Assembly: GCA_016194305.1 (NCBI GenBank)
Contig: JACQBW010000008.1
Span: 21,684 to 85,683 of the forward strand
Source: Nitrospirota bacterium
Lineage (GTDB): Bacteria; Nitrospirota; Nitrospiria; JACQBW01
Direction of reading: 5' to 3'
Length of the DNA: 64,000 bases
Positions 16,924-26,483 of this stretch are shown here, piece by piece. The notes under the pieces are model-generated. The model was given only the letters and a program-made list of their open reading frames with translations, searched no databases and was not told the origin of the DNA. Both the position numbers and the translations under genes were made by a program. Each line of letters starts with the position of its first letter. Position 1 is the first letter of the stretch.

Positions 16924-18978
16924 ATGAAAGCCAGATTTAGAATTCACCCTGCCTTTATTCTCTTTTTTCTAGCATTGGTCATTTATAATTTAAGTTACCG
17001 AATTCCGAATCCCGACACTTACCCCGCCTCGTTGATACCCATTGTTTTAATCACGAAAGGGAATATCGTCATGGACGATTTCCATCAATATTTTTCAGAT
17101 ATTCACCTGCCAACAGGTCAATATTTTTTTCAAGAAACGAAATATGGCTACCTGCCTTCGTATCCTGTGGCGACCGGAATTTTACTTACGCCTTTCTATG
17201 TTCTTCCCGTTTCCATATATAATCAACCAAACCGGACATTGGCAGATTGGTTCCAATTCGCGAAATTAGCGCAAAAAGTCTCTGCTTCGATTATGACAGC
17301 GCTTTCTCTTTCGCTATTTTATCTTTTAGCGGTTCAGTTAAATGCCTCCCGGCCACTCGCTTTTGTTTTAACAATAGCCTATGGCTTTGCAACCGAAGCA
17401 TGGACGATCTCATCCCAAGCGCTTTGGCAGCATGGGCCTGGAAGTTTGTTTATGATTCTGGCCGCTCTGCTTGCGATTAAGCAGCTCAAGAAGCCTTCGA
17501 TGTTCAAAGGAATCTCTTTTGGTTTAGCCTGTGGATTCGCAGTCGCCATTCGACCCACGAATTTGCTCTTTGTTCTGCCAATTTATATCTGGATGATTGC
17601 AAAACGTCCTCGTTTTACCCTTTCTTATACCTGGCCCCTTGGTCTCATTGGCATCGGATTGGCCAGCTATAACCTGATTGCTCTGGGTAATATAAGAGGG
17701 GCCGAATTGATGCTCACTCCATTTACGACCCCTTTTTGGGAGGGATTTTGGGGTCTCTTAATAAGCCCGGGCAGGGGGCTTTTTATCTATTTTCCTCTCG
17801 CAATATTTGGTCTATTGGGCTTTTACAAGTCTTTCCGCGAAAAACAGATTTATCTTTCTTTCTACGGTGTACTATTTGTTTTCGTTATCCTACAAATCGC
17901 CTTGTATTCGAAATATTTGTACTGGTGGGGCGGAAATAGTTTTGGGCCCCGGTATCTCACTGAGATACAACCTATGTTGCTGCTTCTTTCAATCCCGTTA
18001 TTAAGCAACACATCCCGTGAATCCCTCTATCGGAAGGGATTTTACTTACTATTGATCTGTTCTTTTTTTATTCAACTGATAGGTGTGTTGGAAGGGATTA
18101 ACAAGTTAAATTGGAATCACTTTCCCGAACATATTAATGTTTCTCAAAATCGTTTGTGGAATTGGAAGTATAATCCCGTCTCATGGGAATTCCGCAGGGA
18201 AATCGGTAGAATCGGGGAGGGCAAATGGGGACTGATAAGCTTTATCACTGAAAACGCAGAAGCGGGAGATACGGAATCCCAGGAATGGCTTGGCGAAATA
18301 TATCAAAATGGAGCGGATGTGGAAAAAAACGATGTTGAAGCGGTGAAGTGGTATCGCAAGGCCGCCGAGCAGGGAAACCCCAATGGTCAGTTTAACCTCG
18401 CTGTCATGTATGCTCAGGGACTGGGTGTGGCCAAGGATGACGCCGAAGCGGTGAAATGGTATCGTAGGTCCGCTGAGCAGGGGAATTCCAATGGAGAGGT
18501 TAATCTCGGCATCATGTATGCAAACGGCTTTGGCCTGAACAGGGATTATGTAGAGGCCGTTAAGTGGTTTCGCATGGCCGCGGAACAGGGCAACCCAAAA
18601 GGACAGATTAACCTTGGGGTCATGTATGTTCAAGGACTCGGGATGGCTAAAGATGATGTTGAAGCAGTGAAATGGTATCGCAAGGCGGCCGAGCAAGGAA
18701 ATCCCTTTGGACAGTTAAATCTTGGTGTCATGTATGCAAATGGATTGGGCCTGGATAAAGATTATTTTGAAGCAGTAAAATGGGTACGCAAATCCGTGGA
18801 TCAAGGAAATGCCGAGGCACAAGTCATGCTCGGTCTGTTTTTTGAAAACGGATATGGCGTTGCAAAAAATGAAACAGAAGCTTTAAAGTGGTACCGGAAG
18901 GCAGCGGAACAGGGAAACGTTCTTGGCAAAAATAACGTTCGTCGTATAAGTCATGAGGGCTCCCAAAACCCTAACTAA
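16924..18978 (+). CDS. GT-C-fold (PMT_2/ArnT-like, GT39/GT83) polytopic membrane glycosyltransferase fused to ~7 C-terminal Sel1 repeats
   Basis: N-terminal ~430 aa with >=10 TM helices and a DD motif in the first extracytoplasmic loop ([11 protein letters not shown]). C-terminus has repeated [33 protein letters not shown] Sel1 units. Confidence 0.55.
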   Translation: MKARFRIHPAFILFFLALVIYNLSYRIPNPDTYPASLIPIVLITKGNIVMDDFHQYFSDIHLPTGQYFFQETKYGYLPSYPVATGILLTPFYVLPVSIYNQPNRTLADWFQFAKLAQKVSASIMTALSLSLFYLLAVQLNASRPLAFVLTIAYGFATEAWTISSQALWQHGPGSLFMILAALLAIKQLKKPSMFKGISFGLACGFAVAIRPTNLLFVLPIYIWMIAKRPRFTLSYTWPLGLIGIGLASYNLIALGNIRGAELMLTPFTTPFWEGFWGLLISPGRGLFIYFPLAIFGLLGFYKSFREKQIYLSFYGVLFVFVILQIALYSKYLYWWGGNSFGPRYLTEIQPMLLLLSIPLLSNTSRESLYRKGFYLLLICSFFIQLIGVLEGINKLNWNHFPEHINVSQNRLWNWKYNPVSWEFRREIGRIGEGKWGLISFITENAEAGDTESQEWLGEIYQNGADVEKNDVEAVKWYRKAAEQGNPNGQFNLAVMYAQGLGVAKDDAEAVKWYRRSAEQGNSNGEVNLGIMYANGFGLNRDYVEAVKWFRMAAEQGNPKGQINLGVMYVQGLGMAKDDVEAVKWYRKAAEQGNPFGQLNLGVMYANGLGLDKDYFEAVKWVRKSVDQGNAEAQVMLGLFFENGYGVAKNETEALKWYRKAAEQGNVLGKNNVRRISHEGSQNPN

Positions 18979-19034
18979 ATTGGAAAGGAGAGAAAAAGAA
19001 TGAGACTCCGTGCGCGTGCCGGAGGTACGAATCC

Positions 19035-19883
19035 ATGTTGAACGGAAAAAAGATCATCGTCGTGCTTCCCGCTTACCGAGCTGAAAAGACACTGTTACAA
19101 ACTTATCAGGATATCCCCCGTGATATTGTGGACACGATTATCCTCGTGGATGATGCGAGTGATGACAGTACCGTTGAATTGGCCAAGCAGCTTGGTATTG
19201 AGATTTTTGTTCATGGTCAAAATATGGGCTACGGTGCGAACCAAAAGACTTGCTATAGAGAAGCACTCCGGGCTGGAGCGGATATCGTTGTGATGCTCCA
19301 TCCGGATTATCAATATGACCCTCGCCTAATCATACCTATGGCTGGAATGGTGGCTTCGGGGATTTATGATGTTGTACTGGGTTCACGGATTCTTGGAGGT
19401 GGTGCGATGAAAGGAGGAATGCCTTTTTATAAGTACCTTTCGAATCGTTTTCTGACCTATGTTCAAAATCTATTAATGGCAACTAAACTTTCAGAATTTC
19501 ATAGCGGATACCGTGCATTTACACGCAAGGTCCTTGAATCTCTTCCGCTATTGGCGAACTCCGACGACTACATATTTGATAACCAAATGCTTGCCCAAAC
19601 CGTGGCACAGGAGTTCCGGATTGGCGAGATATCATGTCCTACACGATATTTTCCAGAGGCGAGCTCTATTAACTTGAATCGCTCCGTAGTTTACGGCCTG
19701 GGTGTGCTACAAACCAGCGTTACTTATTTCTTTTGGAAGTTGCATTTATTAAAATCATCCCTGTTCGATACCTCGCCGACAAAGTGCCTCAATCGCCCAT
19801 ATTACTCTCGTCCTGCAACTTCATTATTAGCCGAGTCTTCAAAAAGTTCGGAGAGTAAAGGCGATCAGGGGCCAAAAATCTAA
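19035..19883 (+). CDS. Family-2 glycosyltransferase, polyprenyl-phosphate sugar synthase type (DPM1/ArnC/GtrB-like)
   Basis: [16 protein letters not shown]...[14 protein letters not shown]...[12 protein letters not shown] (DxD and HPxY-type motifs). Confidence 0.7.
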   Translation: MLNGKKIIVVLPAYRAEKTLLQTYQDIPRDIVDTIILVDDASDDSTVELAKQLGIEIFVHGQNMGYGANQKTCYREALRAGADIVVMLHPDYQYDPRLIIPMAGMVASGIYDVVLGSRILGGGAMKGGMPFYKYLSNRFLTYVQNLLMATKLSEFHSGYRAFTRKVLESLPLLANSDDYIFDNQMLAQTVAQEFRIGEISCPTRYFPEASSINLNRSVVYGLGVLQTSVTYFFWKLHLLKSSLFDTSPTKCLNRPYYSRPATSLLAESSKSSESKGDQGPKI

Positions 19884-19957
19884 ATGTTAGGGTGATGAGA
19901 GGGTTTGGAGTAAGTCTTTAATGAAATGTCGAAATTGTGCTAAACCCGCATCGCCGG

Positions 19958-21031
19958 TTACTTGACCAGGAGACAGGCGGCGAAGTGGTTTTCGTTGACA
20001 GAAAAAAGAGGGGGATCAAAAGTTTCGCACTCCTTTATTTTTTTAGGGCACCGGGACTGGAATCGGCATCCGGCAGGAAGATCAATCGGGCTGGGGATAT
20101 CTCCGCTCAATAAAATCTTTTGACCTTTCTTCTCCGGATCCGGAATGGGAATTGCGGAGAGGAGCGCTTCGGTATAAGGATGTTTCGGATTTCTAAAGAG
20201 TTCATCAGTCTGGGCCAACTCCACGATCCGGCCGAGATACATGACGGCCACCCGGTTGCTGAGATGGCGAACCATATTCAGATCATGGGCGATAAAGAGA
20301 AGCGACAAATTAAATTCTTTTTGCAGATCCTCCAGAAGATTGATAATTTGCGCTTGTATGGAAACATCGAGTGAGGAGATCGGCTCATCGGCGATAATTA
20401 ACTTTGGCGAAAGCGCAATCGCTCTTGCAATTCCGACGCGTTGCCTCTGTCCTCCCGAGAACTCATGAGGATATCGTTTTACCGCATCGGGGTGGAGTCC
20501 GATCTTTTCAAGGAGCCGGAGTACTTTTTCTTTCCGCTCCGCTTTGTTCCCGGTTTTATGGATAATATAGGGTTCTTCGAGAATTTTTCCGATTGTCATT
20601 CTCGGATTGAGTGAAGAATAGGGATCTTGAAAAATGATCTGGATTTCTTTTCGAAGAGAGCGCATCCGTCCGCTCTCTGCCTTCAAAATATTCTCCCCGC
20701 GATAATAGACTTCCCCCGAAGTTGGTTCGATCAACCTTAATATCAGGCGTCCTGTTGTCGATTTCCCGCTTCCACTCTCTCCGACCAGACCCAGCACCTC
20801 GCCTTCTTGAAGTTCAAAGCTGACGTCGTCAACCGCGTGTACGGCTTTGTTTCCGGAAGAAAAAAACCCCTCCTTGACCGGAAAGTATTTTTTCAAATGG
20901 ACGACTGAAAGGAGAGGAGGGATTTGATTCAAGAATGGACCTCTTTCAGGTGACAACTCGACCAATGGCCTTTCTCTTTTTCCTCCAGAATGGGGCTGTC
21001 GGTCTTGCAGACAGGCATGGCAAATGGACAC
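19958..21031 (-). CDS. ABC transporter ATP-binding protein, OppF/DppF-like; annotated start is probably too far upstream
   Basis: GESGSGKST Walker A, LSGGQRQRVGIARA signature, C-terminal oligopeptide-ABC extension. The first ~100 nt overlap the preceding gene's 3' end. Confidence 0.75.
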   Translation of the reverse strand: MSICHACLQDRQPHSGGKRERPLVELSPERGPFLNQIPPLLSVVHLKKYFPVKEGFFSSGNKAVHAVDDVSFELQEGEVLGLVGESGSGKSTTGRLILRLIEPTSGEVYYRGENILKAESGRMRSLRKEIQIIFQDPYSSLNPRMTIGKILEEPYIIHKTGNKAERKEKVLRLLEKIGLHPDAVKRYPHEFSGGQRQRVGIARAIALSPKLIIADEPISSLDVSIQAQIINLLEDLQKEFNLSLLFIAHDLNMVRHLSNRVAVMYLGRIVELAQTDELFRNPKHPYTEALLSAIPIPDPEKKGQKILLSGDIPSPIDLPAGCRFQSRCPKKIKECETFDPPLFSVNENHFAACLLVK

Positions 21032-21927
21032 CGTGGTTCAAAAGCGCATCCGGGGGGTAGATCTATCAGTCGCGGCACTACTCCGGGAATCGCTTTTAGG
21101 CGCCCTTTTTTTAATCCGTGGCCATCAAATCGGGGAAGTGATTCCAGGAGTCCTTGTGTGTACGGGTGAAGGGGATTGGCAAAAAGACTCCGGGTGGTGG
21201 CGAATTCAATCATTTTACCGGCATACATGACCGCGACGTCATCAGCCGATTCTGCAATAATGCCGAGGTCATGAGAAACCAGGAGCATTGCCATATGAAA
21301 TCTATTCTTAAGGTCATGGAGAAGATTTAAAATCTGTGCCTGAATCGTCACGTCGAGAGCGGTCGTCGGTTCATCCGCCAGAATGAGTTTGGGATTGCAG
21401 GAGATTGCCATCGCAATCATCACCCTTTGGCGCATTCCTCCACTCAGTTGGTGAGGATACTCCTCAAACCTTTTATTTTCGGAAGGGATACCTACCAGTT
21501 TGAAAAGATCGCAAGTCTTTTCCCTCGCTTCTCTACGGGTCATCTTGAGATGCAGCCGGAGCATTTCAGCGACCTGTTCTCCGACAGTGAAGACAGGATT
21601 CAATGAGGTCATCGGTTCTTGAAAGATCATGGAAATCTCTTTCCCTCTCAATCTCCGCATCGATTCGCCGTCGAGCGACAGCAAAGGTTTTCCCTCAAAG
21701 AGGATCTCTCCGGAAACGATTTTCCCAGGGGGTGGAACCAGTCTCAATACAGAAAGAGAGGTCATGCTCTTTCCCGAGCCCGATTCGCCGACCAGTCCGA
21801 GGACTTTCCCTTTTTCAATATTAAAGGAAAGGTCATCTACGGCTTTCACGACCCCTTGCTGTGTGAAAAAATAGGTTTTCAGGTTTTTGATCTGAAGCAG
21901 AGGTTGTTCAGGAATGGTTGAGTTCAT
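20929..21927 (-). CDS. ABC transporter ATP-binding protein, OppD/DppD-like
   Basis: GESGSGKSMT, LSGGMRQRVMIAMA, HDLGI motifs. Confidence 0.8.
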   Translation of the reverse strand: MNSTIPEQPLLQIKNLKTYFFTQQGVVKAVDDLSFNIEKGKVLGLVGESGSGKSMTSLSVLRLVPPPGKIVSGEILFEGKPLLSLDGESMRRLRGKEISMIFQEPMTSLNPVFTVGEQVAEMLRLHLKMTRREAREKTCDLFKLVGIPSENKRFEEYPHQLSGGMRQRVMIAMAISCNPKLILADEPTTALDVTIQAQILNLLHDLKNRFHMAMLLVSHDLGIIAESADDVAVMYAGKMIEFATTRSLFANPLHPYTQGLLESLPRFDGHGLKKGRLKAIPGVVPRLIDLPPGCAFEPRCPFAMPVCKTDSPILEEKEKGHWSSCHLKEVHS

Positions 21928-21993
21928 TTTATTTTTGGACGATTGATTTTAAAATGGGTTGGATTAAAAAAAAGAATTTTCAAAAAGGCCCGA

Positions 21994-22030
21994 TTGCAAG
22001 GCCGCAGTTCCGAAGACGACGCAGGCGGGT
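21994..22030. repeat. Partial copy of the ~85-bp hairpin repeat family (gcaaggccgcagttccgaag end only)
   Basis: 20-nt identity with the element at 35904. It also forms a ggcc...ggcc hairpin + T-run on the minus strand, a possible terminator for the TPR gene. Confidence 0.35.
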
Positions 22031-22044
22031 CTTTTTCAAAATTC

Positions 22045-22755
22045 TCACACCTCGTCTTTTTTGGCCAGTGCCAGGTACACCCCCGCATCCTTTCCCTCCG
22101 GATCGATAGCTTGAGCCTCTTCCCACTCCACCCGGGCGAGGTTTGAGAAACCTTTTATATAGTAGGTGACGCCAAGCTGGATCATCGCCGGGACAAAACT
22201 GGGATTGACCTCCTTGGCCCTCATCAAAACCCTGATCGAATCATCCAGGCGCCCTTTTTCCCGGAGGGTGATCCCGACAAGCGTAATGATATCCACGAGA
22301 TTGGGCCGGTGAGTAAGTGCCTTTTGAAATTCCTCAAGTGCCTGGTCGTAAAGTCCGAGATCTTTGTATTGTTCTCCGAGGCGCTTGTGTTCTGAAGCAA
22401 GTTTTCCCTGAATGAAGGGATCTATCGTATTGGGAGACGTTTGAACGATCTGAAGCGCCTTGTTAAATACCTCTCTCGCTTCGTCAAACTTTCCCATATC
22501 GTTGTATGTGACGGCAAGGTTTAATGAACATTCAGTATATTTCGAATTAATTTGGAGGGCCTTCTGAAAGAAATCGGAAGCGGTTTGAAAATCCCCTTTC
22601 AGGTGAGAAATGAGTCCCAGCTTGTTAAATATATCAGCATAACCTTTGTTGGTTCCTTTTAGCAATGAGAGATAAAGAGGCTCCGCTTCATCGAATTTCT
22701 TATCGTCGTAGAGCTGGCTCGCTTCTTTTAAAACCGCTTCGAATTCAAAACCCAT
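22045..22755 (-). CDS. TPR-repeat protein
   Basis: Multiple 34-aa TPR units (AxxxxxKALxxxP). Confidence 0.6.
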   Translation of the reverse strand: MGFEFEAVLKEASQLYDDKKFDEAEPLYLSLLKGTNKGYADIFNKLGLISHLKGDFQTASDFFQKALQINSKYTECSLNLAVTYNDMGKFDEAREVFNKALQIVQTSPNTIDPFIQGKLASEHKRLGEQYKDLGLYDQALEEFQKALTHRPNLVDIITLVGITLREKGRLDDSIRVLMRAKEVNPSFVPAMIQLGVTYYIKGFSNLARVEWEEAQAIDPEGKDAGVYLALAKKDEV

Positions 22756-22826
22756 TCAGAATGCCTTCGACAAGTGAATAAAAACCTCCGGTAGTCAATT
22801 TACTATAAAAGTGATAGAGTGTCAAT

Positions 22827-23450
22827 GTGATGAAGATAAAAAGCGCTGAATTTATAAGTAGTTGCGTAGATGTCCGTTCTTTCCCAAAACAGCTTCTACC
22901 GGAAATAGCCTTTGTCGGAAGGTCGAATGTCGGAAAATCAACCTTGATGAACCGTCTCCTCAATAGACACGCTCTGGTGAAAGTAAGCGGAACCCCGGGA
23001 AAAACACAGACCATCAACTTTTTCTTGATTAATAAGGCTTTTTATTTTGTCGATCTTCCCGGGTACGGGTTCGCAAAAGTCCCAGAAACAATAAGGCTCA
23101 GCTGGAAAAAGATGATCGAGAATTACCTCTCGCGGCGTGAAAATCTGGTCGGTGTAGTTTTATTGATCGATATTCGGAGAAGTCCGATGAAGGAAGACCT
23201 CCAGATGAAAGATTGGCTCGCCTCATTTCAAATTCCTGCATTGATGGTGGCGACCAAGTCTGATAAATTAAAAACAGGTCAAAAAATAAAATCGCTGGCG
23301 ATGATCTATGACACTTACCAGGCAGAACAAATCATCCCTTTTTCAAGCCTGACAGACGAGGGTAAGGAAGAGATCTGGAAATCGTTATCCAGGTTGATGA
23401 GAGATGCGCCCCAAGCTCATTTGGCAGCGGGCGGCGGAAGCGGGGAATAG
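22827..23450 (+). CDS. engB: Ribosome-biogenesis GTPase EngB/YsxC/YihA
   Basis: EIAFVGRSNVGKSTLMNRL...VSGTPGKTQTINFF...VDLPGYGFAKV...ATKSDKL (G1-G4 motifs). Confidence 0.8.
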   Translation: MMKIKSAEFISSCVDVRSFPKQLLPEIAFVGRSNVGKSTLMNRLLNRHALVKVSGTPGKTQTINFFLINKAFYFVDLPGYGFAKVPETIRLSWKKMIENYLSRRENLVGVVLLIDIRRSPMKEDLQMKDWLASFQIPALMVATKSDKLKTGQKIKSLAMIYDTYQAEQIIPFSSLTDEGKEEIWKSLSRLMRDAPQAHLAAGGGSGE

Positions 23451-23821
23451 AGAGGATCCAACTCGTACGCTTGATTAAAGGCTTCTCTTGAAAGATCCAT
23501 TTTACCTTTTTCATAGTAGGCATAGCCGAGAAGATAATAGGCTTCTTTATATTCCGGGTTCGCCTCGACGGCCTTTTCCAAAGCATTGATCGCTTTCTCG
23601 TAGCTCTTTTTTTGATACCACTGTACCCCTTCCTGGTAATGAAGACGCGCCTCCTGGTTGTCGAACAATGGTTCGTCGGAAATTTCGGTCGGGACAGCGT
23701 CCGGAGAACGATTTTCATCTTCTGCCAATACGGGTATCACCATCAGACAAAACCCTGTCAACAACATAGATATCAATGATAAAGAGATTGATTTTGAGAT
23801 GGCTTTCAACAAAGCTTTCAT
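23417..23821 (-). CDS. Small secreted TPR-repeat protein
   Basis: N-terminal signal/TM segment and two TPR-like units (YEKAINALEKAVEANPEYKEAYYLLGYAYYEKG). Confidence 0.45.
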   Translation of the reverse strand: MKALLKAISKSISLSLISMLLTGFCLMVIPVLAEDENRSPDAVPTEISDEPLFDNQEARLHYQEGVQWYQKKSYEKAINALEKAVEANPEYKEAYYLLGYAYYEKGKMDLSREAFNQAYELDPLYSPLPPPAAK

Positions 23822-24798
23822 GGGCGAGCTCCCTGGTTATTAAAACTCGGGTCTTTTAACAATGGCATTTCAATTGTAGCACTTTTCCTTAAATTTGCCA
23901 TCCATTCGCTCATGAGCTGTTCGCTCTTTTCCTGAAATAACTTTTCTTTGATTTGCGGTGACACTTCGTCAAGGGATCTGTATTTGGCGGGCTTCTGGGT
24001 CACCCGCAACAGATGGACTCCAAGAGGGGATTCAACCGGAGATGACCACTTCCCCGCTTCGGTGTTAAAGGCGGCCTCGTCCAAAACGGAGAGAAGTTCC
24101 CCTTTTTCAAAGGTGCCTAGCTCTGAAAGGGTCATCGCTCTGGAATAGTTCCATTTCTCTTTTATCAGGTCTTCTATCGGTTCTCCTTTTTGAAGTCTTC
24201 CGTAAAGGATATGGGCTTCCTCTTTCACCTTTTCTCTGGCGGGGCCGTCATCATCAGGTTTCCACTCAAATAAAATTTGAGAAATCTCCCGTTTTTCCGG
24301 AATCTTGAAAAGATCCAGGTGATTTTGGTAGTAGGCCTGAAGTTCTTTTTCCTGAATGACGACATCTTGCAAGATATCTCTCTGAAAAAGCTTTCGAATG
24401 AGAAGCTGAATTTTGATCTCCTCCGTCACTTTTTCAAGAGTCAGGTTTTCTTTTGCGAGACTTTTCTTGAAGGCCTCTTCATCCTTCAATCCGTTTCGAA
24501 CCCGGGTTTCCTCTAAGGCCGCCTGAACCTCGGAATCGGTGACAGAGAGCCCTTTCTTGCGAGCCGCTTGAATCTCCAGCCTTTGGTCAATAATTTGATT
24601 AAGGAGCTGCATGAGCGATGTGGACTCTTTCTGACGTTCAATCTCGAGTCTGCCTTCCACTTCACTCAGGAGGATCGGCTCTGAATTGACGACTGCGGCA
24701 ATCCTGTCGATTAAGATTTCTTTCGCGAGCAGGGGGCATGCAAAGAATACCATGGCCAGAGACAAAATGGCTAGAAACGGTTTAGTCAGGAACTTCAT
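23818..24798 (-). CDS. SurA-family periplasmic chaperone / peptidyl-prolyl isomerase-like protein
   Basis: Signal peptide. SurA N-terminal-like region (IDRIAAVVNSEPILLSEVE). Parvulin-like C-terminal segment. Confidence 0.55.
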   Translation of the reverse strand: MKFLTKPFLAILSLAMVFFACPLLAKEILIDRIAAVVNSEPILLSEVEGRLEIERQKESTSLMQLLNQIIDQRLEIQAARKKGLSVTDSEVQAALEETRVRNGLKDEEAFKKSLAKENLTLEKVTEEIKIQLLIRKLFQRDILQDVVIQEKELQAYYQNHLDLFKIPEKREISQILFEWKPDDDGPAREKVKEEAHILYGRLQKGEPIEDLIKEKWNYSRAMTLSELGTFEKGELLSVLDEAAFNTEAGKWSSPVESPLGVHLLRVTQKPAKYRSLDEVSPQIKEKLFQEKSEQLMSEWMANLRKSATIEMPLLKDPSFNNQGARP

Positions 24799-25778
24799 TT
24801 CGGAATCCCTTTCACGTTTAATGCATCAGGAAGAATTTGAATGTCAGTTCTTTTCCTGAGATCAATTGCCCATTTGGCGAATTCCTTATCCCTTCTCTCT
24901 TGAAAAAGGAGAGTTCTAATCCTGGGAGCTTCTTCGCTGAGGGAAGAAATTTTTCCATTCTGTTTTCCCTCTACCCTGAAAATATGGTAACCATACGAAG
25001 TCTTGATGATTGGACTGATTGTATTAATGGGTAAAGATAGCGTCACTTCAAAACCCTCCGGCATCTGATCTTTTGTGAGGATCCCTAGGTCGCCTCCAAG
25101 ATCTTTGTCCGGGCTGATGGATCTTTCCAGTGCCAGCTTGGCAAAATCGGCGCCTTTGACCAGGGCGCTGCGGATCTCCCGGGCTTCTTTTTCGGTACCC
25201 ACAAGTATTTGTCTGATCCTGACACCGGGTTTTAATTTATAGTCATCGAGGTGGCTATTATAAAACTCTTTGATTTCATCCGGAGTGGGTTCCGGAACCG
25301 TTTCTGTTGCCTTTTCTTCCAGTTTCTGAATGATCATATTATCGCTTATTTTTTGAACCCATCTCTCATAAGTCAACCCTTTTCCCTTTAAAAGTTCGTT
25401 AAAGTCGTTTTCAGAGTATTCCGCTTTGCTTTTTGTCAGAAAATCATCGAGCTCCGATTTCGAAACTTGGATATTTTTTCTTTTTGCCTCCTGAAGAAAT
25501 GTCCGGGTTTGAATCAGTTGGTCAAGAAGATCACTCTTTAAGCGATCAAGGGCTTCTCCCTGAGGAACGGGCATTTCACTGCCGATTTCAGCGATCGCCT
25601 GGTTCAGATCGGAATCGAGTATTTTCTCGCCTCCCACGACGACCAGAGTTTTGGAGAGGGGATCGATCTGTTTCTTCTTGCATGAGGAGATAGAAAAAGA
25701 GAGAAAGATTCCCCCGATCAGGATCAGGAGTATTGGCAAGAAAGGAGAGAAATGGGAACGGGAGATCACCTTGTTCAT
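24795..25778 (-). CDS. PpiC/parvulin-type peptidyl-prolyl cis-trans isomerase (PpiD/PrsA-like); start chosen at the internal Met (MNKVI...)
   Basis: N-terminal TM anchor. Parvulin domain RIRQILVGTEKEAREI...GGDLGILTKDQMPEGFE...YGYHIF. Confidence 0.6.
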   Translation of the reverse strand: MNKVISRSHFSPFLPILLILIGGIFLSFSISSCKKKQIDPLSKTLVVVGGEKILDSDLNQAIAEIGSEMPVPQGEALDRLKSDLLDQLIQTRTFLQEAKRKNIQVSKSELDDFLTKSKAEYSENDFNELLKGKGLTYERWVQKISDNMIIQKLEEKATETVPEPTPDEIKEFYNSHLDDYKLKPGVRIRQILVGTEKEAREIRSALVKGADFAKLALERSISPDKDLGGDLGILTKDQMPEGFEVTLSLPINTISPIIKTSYGYHIFRVEGKQNGKISSLSEEAPRIRTLLFQERRDKEFAKWAIDLRKRTDIQILPDALNVKGIPK

Positions 25779-25999
25779 TGAAGGAACCAATATACTATGG
25801 AACGAGAGGAAATGAAAGACCGAAGTAATCGAAATTCCCCGTTTCCAGGGCAAGCGCATTAAAAAAATCATACTCTTTTTCGAAAAACACCTAGTCTGTC
25901 GCTCTCCTTTTCTATTATAAAGTCGAGGCAGATTATCATGGTTTCAATATTTTTTGACGTTGTATGACTGCAATTATTAAAAATGGATTGGAGGCGTCT

Positions 26000-26452
26000 A
26001 TGAAGAATCTCGCCGAAAGTTTCCAAGATCGTCTCTTCCGATTATGGAAATACCTGTTTTTCCTGTTTTTTTTTGGTTGGGGAACTCTCTTTTTTGGAAT
26101 TTCTCACGCATCAGAAGTGTCACTCGATGATTTGAATAAGAATCCAGACCAATTCTACGGACAAACGGTGACGATGAGAGGAAAGTTAAGAATGATAGGG
26201 AAAAACTACTTTGATCCCTCTTCGAAATTTGTCATCGAAGACCACAACGGAAAGATGATTTCTGTCAAACCCTGGCTTCCGCTCGAAATTGCTCCAGCTT
26301 CTCCAAATCGTCCTTTAACAACGACCCCTATGCCGAAGATCATGAGTGATTATATTGGAAAAGAGGTCAAAATGACGGGAAAAGTCCAATTAAACGACAG
26401 CAGGCATGAACATGAAATAAGACCCGATCAGGTTGAAGAGGTGAACCCTTAA
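26000..26452 (+). CDS. Hypothetical membrane-anchored protein
   Basis: RBS ggaggcg upstream of the internal ATG. One N-terminal TM helix. No recognisable domain. Confidence 0.4.
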   Translation: MKNLAESFQDRLFRLWKYLFFLFFFGWGTLFFGISHASEVSLDDLNKNPDQFYGQTVTMRGKLRMIGKNYFDPSSKFVIEDHNGKMISVKPWLPLEIAPASPNRPLTTTPMPKIMSDYIGKEVKMTGKVQLNDSRHEHEIRPDQVEEVNP

Positions 26453-26483
26453 ATTCGATTTCAAGCCGCTGAGGAGGCAGACC

